Shown here one piece after another: positions 15,976 through 31,447 of a stretch of DNA of 64,000 bases; the stretch's first letter is position 1, and each line of letters starts with the position of its first letter. The DNA comes from the human T2T-CHM13v2.0 reference genome, Homo sapiens. A program made the translations under genes and the position numbers. Below the pieces are notes generated by a model. It did no database searches, was not told the DNA's origin, and was given only the letters and a program-made list of their open reading frames with translations. Location: NCBI RefSeq assembly GCF_009914755.1, contig NC_060942.1; one strand, written 5' to 3'.

Positions 15976-16196
15976 CATTGGACTAGGTGAAATAACATGA
16001 AATTTATGAAATTCCTATCATAAATCAAGGGACCATGTAAAAGTGGGTTGCCACCCATGCAACAATAGCTAACAATTATTACTTACTACAGCTAATTATT
16101 GTTGTGTTAAGGGTTTACCATACATTATTATCTCATTGAATCCTCATAACACCAATGAGAGAAAGACCTATTATTATTTGTCATTTTATCTATTGA

Positions 16197-16512
<316 letters not shown>

Positions 16513-16598
16513 GATACTTATTATTTTTAGTAAAAGAAATTATTTTTATAGTAACTAAGGTGCCAATGAGAAAGACTGAAAATAGAATTAGCTGGTTA

Positions 16599-16790
<192 letters not shown>

Positions 16791-18623
16791 TGACTTGTCA
16801 TTTTTTAAAAAATGACACTGCGGTGTCAGCATTGTGTCTGTTTCCCCAAGCCTTCTTCTATGAACGAGGCTGGGCTGGGCGTGAGGACAAGGTGTTGTGT
16901 AACGTGAATGGTCCCCTTGCAAATATGCTGGCCTCTTGTTCACTCATCTCCCTCTCCTCCTAATCTTCTAATAACTTTATTACTGGGAAAAAGGCCAACT
17001 AGGGAAAACCCCACTGGCAGCCTGAGGATTCTTGATCTGAAGGGGGCCTTTGAGATCACGGGGCCTGCCTCCTGCCTTTGGTATGGGAAGAAATTCAGCC
17101 CTCAGGAAGGCAGTCTCCACATGGGAGGGCATTTCTTTAATTAACTAAACTCCTTGTCCAAAATCAGATGAACCATGCTCTTCATCTGTGTAACCTGAAC
17201 TTCATAAGCTACTTGATGACAGTAAGGGACGAGGGGCCATGCTACCTCTATTTTAGTTGACCTTTTTCTGCAAGGCTCACCCAGGTGTTTTACTTGGATC
17301 CTTTTAAAAAATATCTGGAATCCTATTATTTTCTTGAGTGATATGTGGGTTCTGTTCTGATGACAGCAAAATCATAGCATTCTTGGTTAAATGAAGTGAT
17401 GGAGTTTCACCGTGCAGTATTAACGGCACCTCTTCCAAAATCCTGCTGCCAGAATCTATTATCATGAGTCAGAAATCCCAGCCTGGTCTGGAAACCAGTT
17501 TTAGAAAGATTTGCAAGCAGCAGGTAAGACGGCTTTGTTCAGGAGAGGGGCACATCTTTCTCATTTGTGAATTATATGCAAGAAGGGCAAAGAGGAAGAG
17601 TGGAGAGAAAGGTCTCAAATTACTTTTTTCCTTCTTCATTTTTATTAGCTCAAGAAATATTGTTTCATTTCAAAACGTGTGCCTGCTATTGTTTTTGCTG
17701 AATAAATGAAAGCAATGATAAAATGTCTGTTATGTCTTTCCAGGATTCTCTCTATTGTCAGGAGCAGGAAAAGATCTGAATTTCCCATGAAATGCCAGTG
17801 TCAGCATAACATGGTGGTACTACACAGTGCCACTCTATCAGGCATATCCTGGGCCTCTCACAAAAATATTATTTTAAAAAGATATTCAGAATGCTTCTGG
17901 TGCCAAGTAGGTGCAGCGTGGATACTCTGTGATGATGATGAACAGCCTTCTAAGTGCGTGTACTGAGTTTAAGAAACATAACACCACAGCACGTAAAATC
18001 CCGTGCCAGATCTCACACAGCCGCCAAATCACATCTGCCTCTATCTCTCTGGATGATCCTTCTCCAAAATCAAGGCCTGGCACCTTGCCCTGAACATCAG
18101 CCAACTGGACATTAGCAGACCAGGACGGAGAGGGAAATCCAGTTATGTTCCCCTATAAATCTCAACCAAAGCCAAACCTTGATTGTCAGTGTTTGTGGGC
18201 AGTGGAGGAAGGGTGCCCTAGGGAGTGAGTAGGTGGAATTTGCACATAGACTCAAATCTTATATTTTGCATTATTGAACAAAAAATACATTGTTTCTACC
18301 TTCTCTGCTTTTGAACACATTGATGAAAAGGGCTAATACATAACAACAATTTTCTATCTTACTGAAAGTTGACTTTCTGGGTGAGGGGCTCATGAATGAG
18401 AAGTGAAATGGTCAAAAGAGGGGTATCCAAGTAGAGCTGAAAAAGCAGGGGGGCCGAGGAGTTATCTGATGAGGAAAATGAATCCCTGGATAATTGAGAG
18501 TTAACTATAGAACTGGTTTCTTTTATAATTACTACAGAGTCAGCTTCTATCAGGCAAAGGGTGTAAGCCAGATGCAGAGATGAAATTCGTATCCAGAGGT
18601 TCAAGTTAATATTTAAGTGCCTC

Positions 18624-18876
18624 AGGAGGCTAAGGTGGGTAGATCATCTGAGGTCAGGAGTTCAAGACCAGCCTGGCCAACATGGTGAAACCCTGTATCT
18701 ACTAAAAAATACAAAATTTAGCTGGACGTGGGGGTGGGTACATGTAATCCCAGCTACTCAGGAGGCTGAGGCAGGGAGAATTTCTTGAACCCAGGAGGCG
18801 GAGGTTGCAGTGAGCTGAGATAGCACCACTGCTCTCCAGCCTGGGCTACAAAGTGAGACTCCATCTCAAAAAAAAT
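18624..18876 (+). mobile_element. AluS, 5'-truncated
   Basis: Alu body; TSD about TTAA(G/C)TGCCTCAG. Confidence 0.88.
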
Positions 18877-19104
18877 TAACTGCCTCAGCTTAGATACCTT
18901 AATCCTTAAGTAAGGAATTGCGTATTTAAAAGGCAAATACTATATACATATGTGTAAGTAAATGCCCAGAACACGGCCTGGCGGGACAAACACCAAATAG
19001 CTGACAGGGGTTACAGCTGGGAGGAAAGGTGAGGCTGGTTAGGGGTAGGGGTGGGAGGGGGAAAAAGAGGGTGCTTTCAAAAATAAAAAAAAATTATAAT
19101 TATT

Positions 19105-19405
19105 ATTTTTTTGAGAGACAGGATCTCACTCTGTCACCCAGGCTGGAGTGTAGTGGCACAACCATAGTTCACTCCCGGCTTGAGCTCCTAGGCTCAAGTG
19201 ATCCTGTTGCCTCAGCCTCTTAAGTAGCTGGGACTACAGGTGTGCACCGCCACACCTGGCTAATTTTTTTTTTTTAGTTTTTATTTTTTGTAGAGATAGG
19301 GTCTCAGTATGTTGCCCAGGCTGGTCTTGAACTCTTCGTCTCAAGTGATTCTCCCGCCTTGGCCTCCCAAAGTTGGGGTTATAGGTGTGAGCCACGTGCC
19401 TGGCC
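19105..19405 (-). mobile_element. AluJ
   Basis: Antisense dimeric Alu. Confidence 0.88.
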
Positions 19406-21257
19406 TGTTTAAATTTTCCGATAAGAAAGTATGCATGTAAGAAAGATTTTGACAATTTGTTATGAAAGTGAGGTATCTTGAATGGAAACTTCTAGAGGGC
19501 TGGATGTTTCCCGTATACCCAAGTCCTGGGCACGTCAATATACATGCTCTGACCCAATCTGAAAGCACATTTCGGAAGTTTCTTTTTGCAATTATATTTG
19601 TCTAGCTGGGATAATTTTATTTGCTGAGAAATCATTTGCAGTATCATTTGTGATTTGACATTTACGGAATTCTTATTTTCTGATAGTGCTTTTAGTTTAC
19701 TTTCTGTTGCATTAGTCTTGAAAGGTACATATATAGGCTTTTCTTTTTTTTAATGGGTAAATAATTATGACAAAAAGATGAAAAAGATCTTTTCAAGGTC
19801 TCATGTAACTGCAATTAGCAAAGAGTAGAAATTATTGCTTATGCCTTTACCTTTTTCCTAATGCTTTCCTTCCCGATCTGACTCAATGATTGCAGTAGTG
19901 TCTGACTGGATCTCCCTAAGTTGTTTGTTTCCTAAATGTTTGGGAATTTTAAAGTGACACCTCTTCACTAGTCAGGACTTGGGATGGATGACTAGGGAGG
20001 TGGGTCTTACCTTTCTTCCAGTTTCTTTTGAGAAAGTTTCCCTGTGAGCTCCTCAGGGTTCCTCCACCAGAGACTGACTCAGGGCCTAGCTACATGTGCA
20101 ACTATTAGGATGATGCTTGGGATGGGGCAACATGGGTGACACGGGTGACAGAGGGTGACACTATTCAGAAAAATGACTTCCGCCGAGGAGGATCTTAGAA
20201 CCTGTTGAATTTTTGGAGGGGCAAATTGATATGTCTCATTTCTGGACAATGTGGACATTGCTTCTCTCTCTTACCCAGCTCAGACTTCATAAATTCTGGG
20301 AAAGGACAATGACTCTTAGAAAGTGAGAGGAAGATGAGTTGATATGTTTTCCCCTCAACTAAGCAGCCTATGTTTTCTTTTTGATATGAATTAGGATCTG
20401 GAATAATATGACAGTAATTATAATATGCAGAAGAGATTATGCCAGTCAAATGAAGATTCATTTTCCCCTTCTTTCTTTATTCTTTTTGTTGTTGTTGTTA
20501 TTGCTGCCCCATTGGAGAAGAGGAGAAAAATCTCAACAGAGAGGCTTTGACAGGTACAGTATAACTTATCAGGCTTTAAAGGAACTAGCTGAGGTTAGCC
20601 TTAGTTCAGATATGTCAGAGCTGTCAGAGGCCAGCCCCGAAATCTGTAAGACATTACAGACTGAAAACTCAGCGAGGACGGCTGAAGGGCTCAGCGGGAA
20701 TTCCAACACACACATGAGCCTGGAGTATCTCCATGCCTCGACCTGACCCTGGATAATACTTGGAGTTTGCTTCTTGTTGTTGTTGTTGTTGCAGGATTAC
20801 TAAGTTCTTCGGGTTTTGGTTCTTTGGCTCCTGAAATTGGTCCATCACACTTGGGGGACAATTCATCATTGCGTAGGGGGAGTGAGGATGGCCTCTGTGG
20901 ACAGTCCACCCCGGGCAGCTTGAGTGTTAGGGCTTAGCAAGCAGAGCCAATGCAATCCTCTGGGTTAGCAAGGGAGGGGATGAATGTGGGCACGCAGAGA
21001 TAGCGTCTGCAGATGCTTTAAATGGTTAAGATGGTGTCAGAGGTGTCAATGCAAGTAAACTCTTGGGAACAAAACAGAGCTTTTTGAAATATGGCTTCTT
21101 TCTCTATCTCGCCCACCCCAGGGTGAGTGAGAGCATGGAATACCCACTAAAGAGGCAGAAAAAAAATACCTTAGTGGAAAGAAATGGGATTTGGAATAGG
21201 AACTGTGTGCCAAATTTACCAGAAACCACTTAACCCCTTTGACCCCTGGTTTTCCTA

Positions 21258-21626
<369 letters not shown>

Positions 21627-22635
21627 CTATGGTGCAACGTGATGGATTTATTTCCTGTCTGTATAATCTTGGCTTTCTCACAGTTGGTCTATTTCTAACT
21701 AACACCCCAGTTCATGTAACTTCTCTTAGAGAGAGAGCTCACATTGCATGAGACCATGCTTTTATTATTATTTTTTAATTTAAAATCTAATAATCTTTGT
21801 TTCTGTCTCTCTCTCTTTCTCTGTCTCTCTTTTTGATTGTTGTTCTTTTATTCTTGTTTATCCAAAAGTCAAATTTAAGATTCCAAAGTGCTGCTTCCAG
21901 GCTGGCCCTGAGAACTCACTGCTGGTTTTGTAAGGAATACAGCAGAGGTCAGGAGATAGGAAGGGTGAAGTGGAAGGAATTTGCTCAGATCTACTCTTGT
22001 TTTATTTTCCATGGAGTTTCACTGCAGTTTGTGTTTTGAATACAGTCAGTTACACAAAGCCCCATGAAGTGAGGATATAGGTTGGTTGGCTTGCTTGTTT
22101 ATGTCTAGGAAGCCATACATTTTGTACTTTAAGATAAAAATCTCCCCTTTTTTGGATGAATGTGCGCTTTCAGTAATACATCCAGGCTACAGAGGACGTG
22201 TGAACTACACATAAAATAAAACCAATTTGCTTTCCTTTTAAAAGTCAATTAGTTCATTCTTCCATTTGTCCCCCGTCCAAAAATGCACTGACATTTCCTT
22301 CTTTGCATCATAGAAGGCCCAGCTTCTTTCTATCTACCCTAGTCCCACTATCCTTCACAGTCCTAGCTCCATGAAGCCATCTTGCTCCCAACCAACTCAT
22401 GGAGCTCTTGTTATAATACCTGGCACATAGTAAACACGGCAGAAAGCTCAGCTGTTACTCTATGACTAAGTATTGCAAAGGACTCACAACTTACTCCTGT
22501 ACCATTCACTGGCATAGGAAACACTTTTATTAATGTTGTGTTATTTACTTTCCCCCTAGAAAGTCTCATTGAGTTGGTAAGTTAGTAGGGTCACTGCTTT
22601 AAAAAATAAAATCTCCATACAATTCTCATGTGTAG

Positions 22636-23500
<865 letters not shown>

Positions 23501-23906
23501 AAACAGGTGGCTGTTGTTGATTGCAGTAACACACAGCACCGACTCATTTAATCCCACAACAATCCTGTGCTGTCGTTACTTTATGTCCCCATTTGATGGA
23601 TTAGGAAAGTTGAAGCTCAGGGAAGCTATGTGCTGCACCCAAGGTGAAGCCAGATGTCCAATCTCTCTCGAGGATCACTAAACTTACTACAAGCTCTCTG
23701 AGGGGACCTGAAGATATCACACAGTAGGCACTCCATTAATATTTGGTGAAGGAAAGAAGAAATAAAAATGATAATAGTCTAGACCTGGACATACTGAATT
23801 TTCATAGAGAAGCAGCAAATCTGGAAAAATGATCTCGGTTGAATTGCATGGAACATGGCTTCTAAGGGATAGGAATGAATGTTACGGGGTTCCTTAGGGT
23901 GTGGAT

Positions 23907-24020
23907 TGGGTGACCAGGTGTCCCGTTTGCCCGGGCCAGTCCCAGTTGGTGCCTGTTGGAATTAGAAAAGAGTTCTCTTTTCACAGGCTTTGTTTGGATG
24001 ATAAGTTACATGGTCGCTCT
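23907..24020 (+). mobile_element. MER94-like hAT-Blackjack MITE
   Basis: GGGTGACCAGGTGTCCCGTTTGCCCGGG...GGATGATAAGTTACATGGTCGCTCT with terminal inverted repeats. Confidence 0.7.
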
Positions 24021-25131
24021 GAGTCTAGAAATGGTATGGAAAGAGGCAGGGTCTCTAAGTGCAAAGGGGAACACAGGGAAGTAGTATTAGATTAACTGGC
24101 GCTTCCCTGAGGTCAACTTCCTTCCCTTTGTAATGCATGAGTGTTAGGATGGTTCAGTGCTGTGTGAAGACATGGTCTCTTGCCTCTGCTCTGCGAAGTG
24201 GATCCCAGGCATCTTTTCTTTTCTGGGAGCTTCCCAGGAACTCTGGTAGGTTTGGTGACTGCATGAGATTGCCCCGGGCAGTTGAGATTTCAGCTATGCT
24301 GCCTCATCACCCTCAGAAGCCCACCGATGGTCATCATCACATCTGCTGGTTTTAGGTCTGAAAATACACACAGTGTACTGATGTGCATAAGGTTATCACC
24401 CAGAAAACCAGAATCCTCGCCTCAATACTTACTAGTTTTGTCACTTTGCTTGTTCTCACTCTCTGTGCATAAAACCCCTTCTTTGTAAGAAAATTGCAAA
24501 TAATATTAACCATACTGATGTTGTAGGGATGCTGACTTATAGTAAAATGATGGGAAACCACTTTACAAATAATATTCCATGTAAAGTTTCAAGGGCAATT
24601 GCTGGCATGGAGCATGTGCCAGGTATAGCTCAAAAGTCAGGTTATTATCCTAAAGCCTAAATTCCCTAGAGATGACCATGACCTTGCTTCCCATTTACTT
24701 GCTGGGTCGAAAGAGCTTGAGCTCTTTTGCAAACTCATCTGAAGATATATGTCCCTGAACATCGCAGAGGCCAGGTGTTTTCCACAGATCAGTGGAATTC
24801 CCCAGCTGCAAAACTTCCTTCCACTACCGTCTGCCACAGCGTGAGGTTGCTGACATTCAGGAAGACATCTTAGGGGTCTCTCTTTGCCTTCATTGGCACA
24901 TTCAAGGTGGGAGAAGAGGGGAGATTTTATTGTCATCCAGGTGTTAGAGGCTATTGTGAAAAACCTCTATTTTATTAATGTCGGGAATGACATGCTGTGT
25001 ATTTCAGCCTGATCTATATAAGATAACTTGTTGTGGTAATTAAATTTTATTTTAAAAATTGCAGAGAATATGAAAAATTCTTTTTAATAGACTCATTTGA
25101 CTTAATTTCATTTTTTACTTTCCAAAAAAAA

Positions 25132-25290
25132 TTATTTTTTAGGGACAGGGTCTCCCTCTGTCACCGAGGCTGCAGTGCAGTGGTATGATCATAGCTCACT
25201 GCAGCCTCCCAACACCTGGGCTCAAGCAATCCTCCCACCTCAGTCTCCAGAGTATCTGGGACTACAGACTTGTGACACCATGCACAGCCT
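25132..25290 (-). mobile_element. AluJ right arm
   Basis: Antisense Alu monomer. Confidence 0.8.
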
Positions 25291-25386
25291 AATTTAATTT
25301 TCAAAAATTGTACATTTTCAAGGTGTACAGCATGATGCTTTGATATACATGTACATAGTTAAATGGTTCCAACAGTCAAACCAATT
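25291..25386 (-). mobile_element. L1M 3' terminus fragment
   Basis: AATTGTACATTTTCAAGGTGTACAGCATGATG motif. Confidence 0.65.
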
Positions 25387-25424
25387 ATTAGGTTGGTGCA
25401 AAAGTAATTGCGATTTTTGCCATT
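25386..25424 (+). mobile_element. MADE1 (Hsmar1 MITE), one arm only
   Basis: TATTAGGTTGGTGCAAAAGTAATTGCGATTTTTGCCATT. Confidence 0.85.
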
Positions 25425-27058
25425 GACGTATCAGAGCCGTTTCTGCTGCAGCAGGTGAAGTGGATCTTTAGCCTGCCTCCACAGAAGCCTGTGTGTCTTG
25501 CTACTAAAACCAGCCTACCAGTTTCCTAGAATCACAGCCTCCCACACCAGTGACCCTGGCTGCTGCAGCCTGTGGGGGTCACTGTGGGCTCTGTATTGGG
25601 AAGGCTGGAGGGGATGGGATTTGGAAGAAGCAAGTAGTGATTGGAAGTGGGTAGTGCCCAGGGTGTGCTAGGGCCAAAAAAGCAAAGGACTAGGAGGATC
25701 CAGACTTCAAGCTGATTGGGAAAATCCCATGTCTCCCTTTTCCTTTTAGATGTCTGTACCTTTCACTCATTTTTGATGCTGGTAAAAAGAAAACCAGAGC
25801 TGGCCATTCCCAAATCCTTTACAACTGCCCCTCCCGGGTTCTTTGTGTTTGCAAATGTAAATGCTAAAGGTCAGCAGGGTTTAAAGCACCTTTTTACCTC
25901 CAGCCACTTCCTTGCCCCTTAGAGGCCCAAGCTGGTTCTGAAAAAAGTGTCCAGCAGGGAAAAGCCTGCACCAACCTACCCACCATCACCCCAAATAAAT
26001 GAGGGCCCAGAGCTTTGCATTGCTTGCAGCTTCTGTGCCTGACAGGCCTGCACTCTGGGTTTTGGAGAGGCCTTATTTCCAGCTGGTTACTAAGGCTGGT
26101 GCTGCCTCCAGGTGTGTTATCAGGAGGAGGACAGTTTAAATAGGGCTTATCACTGTGTATTCAATCAAGGTTTATGAGGACTGATAAAGATGTCACCTAG
26201 TTGCTTCGTGTGTTCATTAAAACTCTATTCCCTGGTGGGGATAGAAATGCAGGGGGGTTTGTTTTAAAAATTTTTAAACAAAAATTTTGGAACAACTACA
26301 TGTTGTTCTTTTGATAAAGATGGCGCTGTGGTCAAGCCCATCTGTGTGATCAAACCCACAAAGGAGTGAAGGCAGTCCTCTCGGGCACAGTGCATTCGAC
26401 CTCCACCTTCCCCGACAATACAACAGTCTTTAATACCATAGGTTATCATAATTGCTTATTTAAGAATTCAATGAACAGCACCACCCTTGGCCTAGGTGCA
26501 GCAATAAGCCATTGTGTGCTTTTAATTTTGTGTCCTTTTATATTACTGGATCATTATAACAAAAAGATATTTGTTTTAGTGTTTTATTTTAATAAAAGAT
26601 TTCTAACTAAATGTGTTTGCCATAGTCCCCCTTTCATAGTCCCTCTTCCTCTTCTACTAGATAGAAAAAAAAAAGCAAAATAGCCCATATTTCCTTTACT
26701 AAACCCATAAGTTTGTACATCTAACTAGAGCTGCAGGGAGCATAGTGCAAGAAATGGGCGCTGCTCTGAATGGCTTTGTGTTCTGTGAGCCTAATTGCTG
26801 CTTTATAATGAGACCCAGTGTCTCTCAATGGCTCATTGAATATATTTTCTGTTTAATGTTACTAAAGAAGAATTGCAGAATGGAGAGTAAAAAATGTTTT
26901 AACTTTTCGGGGTTTTTTCCCCCACCTCCAGTTCAAAAGGCACCATTGCTTGCTGACATCTTCTATCTCCAAACCTATTAACGCTATATGACTAGTTAAA
27001 GATAGGGATTTGCTAGCAGGCTACATGTAGACTTTACCTGCATTCTGAACATTTTTAA

Positions 27059-27472
<414 letters not shown>

Positions 27473-27696
27473 TGACACCCACTGAATTGATTCCACTCTG
27501 GATTTTAAGGTGTCAATTTCCTCTTGCATGTTTCTTTGCTTCTTCTAACATTTCTTGTGTTTCTTCTTGAGAATGGCTAATGAAAACATCACCAATTTGA
27601 TAAGGTATCATTAAACAGTCATCATCTGCAAGCATGAGGTCATCACAAGCATCTTCTAAGTTTTGGAGTTGCTTCTTTTTTACTTCTGATGAATGT

Positions 27697-27826
27697 TTTT
27701 GTTGTTTTTGTAGAGGCAGGGTCTCCCTCTGTTGCCCAGGCTGGTGTCAAACTCCTAGGCTTAGGTGATCCACCTGCCTGGCCTCCCTAAATACTGGGAT
27801 TACAGGTGTGAGCCATTGCACCTGGC
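27697..27826 (-). mobile_element. FLAM/Alu left monomer
   Basis: Antisense left arm; TSD about TCTGATG(A/T)ATGTT. Confidence 0.8.
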
Positions 27827-28275
27827 CTTCTCTGATGTATGTTGACCATTAAATATAAGTGTCTTGGGGGATAAAATTACTTGCTCGTTTAATGTTATTT
27901 AAATTTGATTTTTTTTTATCTTGAAACTTGTGGACATGCCTTATCTCCACCACTGGGGGTCAGGCTCAGTATGGGGAATTTCTGCTCATTCCATCCCACA
28001 ATGCAGTTCTTGGGGGCAGCAGAGGGAAGAGGAGTTAAGTAGACTGAATAATGAGGAATGATGGGAAGGTAGAGATGGTGGGATGGGGAGGGGTTGAGAG
28101 AAGCTGAGAACTCAAAGGGAAGACTGGGAGAACTGGGACTGCAGGGAGAAGTTAGGAGGGGGTGACATTCAGGTTCAGACCCCAGGAAAATCCTAATGTT
28201 GAGGGGAGGGATGCTTATGACTTTTTTGTGTCTGATGATGGCCAAATGCTGCAAGGTCCTTGATGAAATTGCTAA

Positions 28276-28834
28276 TTCTCTTAGGTTGCATCTCCCCAGA
28301 AGACACCGAAACAAGGATTTCAGTGCAAGTTGTTTCATGGGAGACTTCAAGAAGCATCAGGGTCGATCCCAGCAGTTTGGGAGGCCAAGGTAGGAGAACT
28401 GCTTGAGCCTAGGAGTTCGGGACCAGCCTGGGCAACAGAGTGAGACCTCATTTCTACAAATAAAAAAATTAAATTAAATTAAAAAATAGAAGCATCAACA
28501 AGAGAGTAGAGAAGAGATACAGGGGAGAGACGGAAACCAGTGGAGGATGTGATCTTGAGCAGCTCCTCTTGTGGGCGACTGGGCCTCAAGCTCCCTGGGG
28601 GGCTCTCGGAATTGATGAAGAACCAGCCTCAGAGTCTCTTTCTTGAAGAGCGAGGAAGCTGAGGCATTTGATCACTAACTCCTTCTAACTTGTCCTCATC
28701 ATTGGCTGACAGCTACTCCCAGGGGTAGCAGCTCCCTGGAATTTTTGACTTGCCTTGTGAGCAGCATCGGCTGCCTGTGGGATGCAGGAGGAGTACAGGG
28801 GACTGTGGGCACGGCACTGACGGCGTCCGCAGCA
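28276..28834 (-). mobile_element. LTR33-like ERVL LTR with an Alu fragment at 28367-28487
   Basis: ACAAGGATTTCAGTGCAAGT...GGCACTGACGGCGTCCGCAGCA; Alu TSD AGAAGCATCA. Confidence 0.7.
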
Positions 28835-29132
28835 CTCGTGTCACCTTCTACCGTATGCATTTGAAAACACTTGCCATCACTTATTAATATGATTTATTTA
28901 TTGTGAATATCATACTGTATTTATTAATTCTAGGATGGCTCTCTGCTTAACACTTCTTAAATTAGAACACCTCTTATAATTCACAGGACATCTTTCAATG
29001 GCTCCTGGCCAACTGGCAGCAGAATTTTACCTTCCTGTGCATGAATGACCTTGGATATTATTCTTGGTGGCATGACTGGACACCTGCAGCCTCTTGATGT
29101 TTCCAGTCAAAAAGGTATTTAAGAGCCATTTG

Positions 29133-29275
29133 TCAGGCGGACCACTTGAGCCCACGAGTTTGAGGCCAGCCTGGGCAGCATAGTGGCACGCTGTTTCTAA
29201 AAAACAAAACAAAACAAAAACAAAACAAACAAACAAACAAACAAAAAACGAAAGAAAGGAAGAAAGAAAGAGAAA
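29133..29275 (+). mobile_element. Alu monomer fragment with (AAAC)n/(GAAA)n tail
   Basis: Partial Alu arm. Confidence 0.75.
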
Positions 29276-29423
29276 AGAGCAGTAATATCTTCATCACTGG
29301 TCATTGGTCATTGTCTTTAAAACAACTTTCCATCGATATCTTCTGGGGAGAACAAGAGAGCACTAGTGTCAAAACTTCAGCCAGCTTGGAAGAAAATTCT
29401 GGAGATAAGAGAGCAATAATTTT

Positions 29424-29498
29424 TTAGGTTGAATCACATAAGTTTGCCATCTTTTGGTCAAAAACAGTCTAATGAGCAATTTCACTTGGTTCCACTTA
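29424..29498. mobile_element. MADE2 (Hsmar2 MITE)
   Basis: TTAGGTTGAATCACATAAGTTTGCC...GCAATTTCACTTGGTTCCACTTA inverted termini. Confidence 0.7.
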
Positions 29499-29779
29499 CA
29501 AGAAAAGTTCCATCTCTAACACTCTTGATGGGACTGTGTGCAGAAATAAGGGCATTGACAAGTCGGAATTAAAACATAATCTAGAAGGGTTGCATTCTGA
29601 ATATAAAAAGTTTTAGGAATATTTAAACCAGTTTGTTTTACTTATATTTTCCTTCTTTATACATATGACAAGAGTAATATTTTTTAAAAAATTATTTAAA
29701 GGCCTATTCATAGCTTGAAAAAAAATTCTTGCAGTAAAAGCATTTGCAAAAATATGAAATAAAATTTGACATGACAAGG

Positions 29780-29876
29780 AAGCATTATATCATTAATTGG
29801 CAGCTTTTCTTCCTTAGTGACGTAAAATAATGACATCATAACAATCAAGGAGTGTCTCAGATTTTGTGAAATATGA
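29780..29876. mobile_element. TcMar-Tigger terminal fragment
   Basis: CTTAGTGACGTAAAATAATGACATCATAACAATC...CTCAGATTTTGTGAAATATG resembles old Tigger ends. Confidence 0.45.
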
Positions 29877-30622
29877 TTTATCCCGCCATGGACCTCAGAG
29901 GCAGAGAGTGAGGTTGATCATAATTCTTGGTTTCAGGTCATATTTTCACCAATGGTTTGTGCTAGACCTATCTCTGATTTTGTCATTGAATATTGGGTGA
30001 TAATTATCTCAGTCATATAGATAATAGAAGTGAGAAATGGGGATAAGAGGGAAAATTAGTGTGAGATATTCTAAAACCTTCTTGGTTTTAGACATTGCAA
30101 ATATCTTCTCCCATTTCATCTTTTAACTTCATCTATAGTATATTTTGTTAAACAAAAATTCCTAATTTTTATGTAATTGAGTTTTTTAACATTGTTGCCT
30201 GGGAGCTCATGTTTTTGAAGTTTTGTTTAAGGAGTCCTTTTCCTGTAGGTCACAAAGATTTTCTTCAACATTTTCTTGTTTTGACTTCATAGTTTTATTT
30301 TTCATTCCTAAATTTTTTAGTCCGTCTTGAGTCCACCTTTGTTTGCGATGTTACGTGGGATTGAGTTTTATTTTTATTACAGTAAAAAAGTTTCCCCCAG
30401 GCTTCTGCTAAACAGACTTTCCACCATTCACTTATGGTGCCACCTTTATCATATGTTAAATTCCCACATATGCATGAGGGTATATCTGAAGTCTCCTTCA
30501 GTTCCATTGGTCAGTTTGTCTGTTCATGAGTACATTACCACACTGCTTTTATTATTATAGCTTTTAAATATATCTTAATATATGCTAGAGTATGTCCCCC
30601 TCTTCAATCTTATATAAAGTCA

Positions 30623-30904
<282 letters not shown>

Positions 30905-31233
30905 TTAATTATGTATTTTTGGTGGATACTTCTTCCATATAAATTTTAGAATGTGTTTATTGAATTTCTTTAAAAGTCCAATTGGAATTGCACTAAATTT
31001 GTAGATTAATTTGGGGGAGAACTCAGGGAATCCATCCAAGAGGATGGCATAGCTCCCCACTAACTCAGCTCATTTTGTACATCCTTTGTTACAGTTTAAA
31101 ATGTTTTCCATCAGAGGATTTATAAATTCTTAACTTAGTAACTTCTCAGTTACTATATATTTTTTGTTGCTGTTATGAATAATACTATATTTTAAAAAGT
31201 GATGTTTCCTAGGCAGTTATCATTAGTTTAGAG

Positions 31234-31447
31234 CAGAGATAGGGACGCTTTTTCTGTAAAGGGCCAGATAGTAAATATTTTAAGCCTGGCAGCCATGTAA
31301 GGTTTCTGTTACATATCCTTCTTTTTCTTTTTCTTAGTTGTTTTACAACCCTTTAATAAATGTAAAAACCATTCTTAGCTGGTGGGGGCCTTACAAAAAC
31401 AGGCCTTAGAGGGCATTTGGCCCACAACATGTTAGTTTTCCAGTTGC
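31234..31447. mobile_element. MER58-family hAT-Charlie MITE
   Basis: TTTTTCTGTAAAGGGCCAGATAGTAAATATTTTA. Confidence 0.8.

Noticed and set aside
20408-20746. 112-aa ORF with hydrophobic stretch resembling a signal peptide
   Set aside because: Hydrophobic run comes from a T-rich/(TTG)n tract; no homology recognised
25386-25424. miR-548 gene
   Set aside because: Only one MADE1 arm is present, so no precursor hairpin
27916-28350. 144-aa Pro/Ser-rich minus-strand ORF
   Set aside because: Arises from a purine-rich tract plus LTR33 sequence; no convincing splice context or homology
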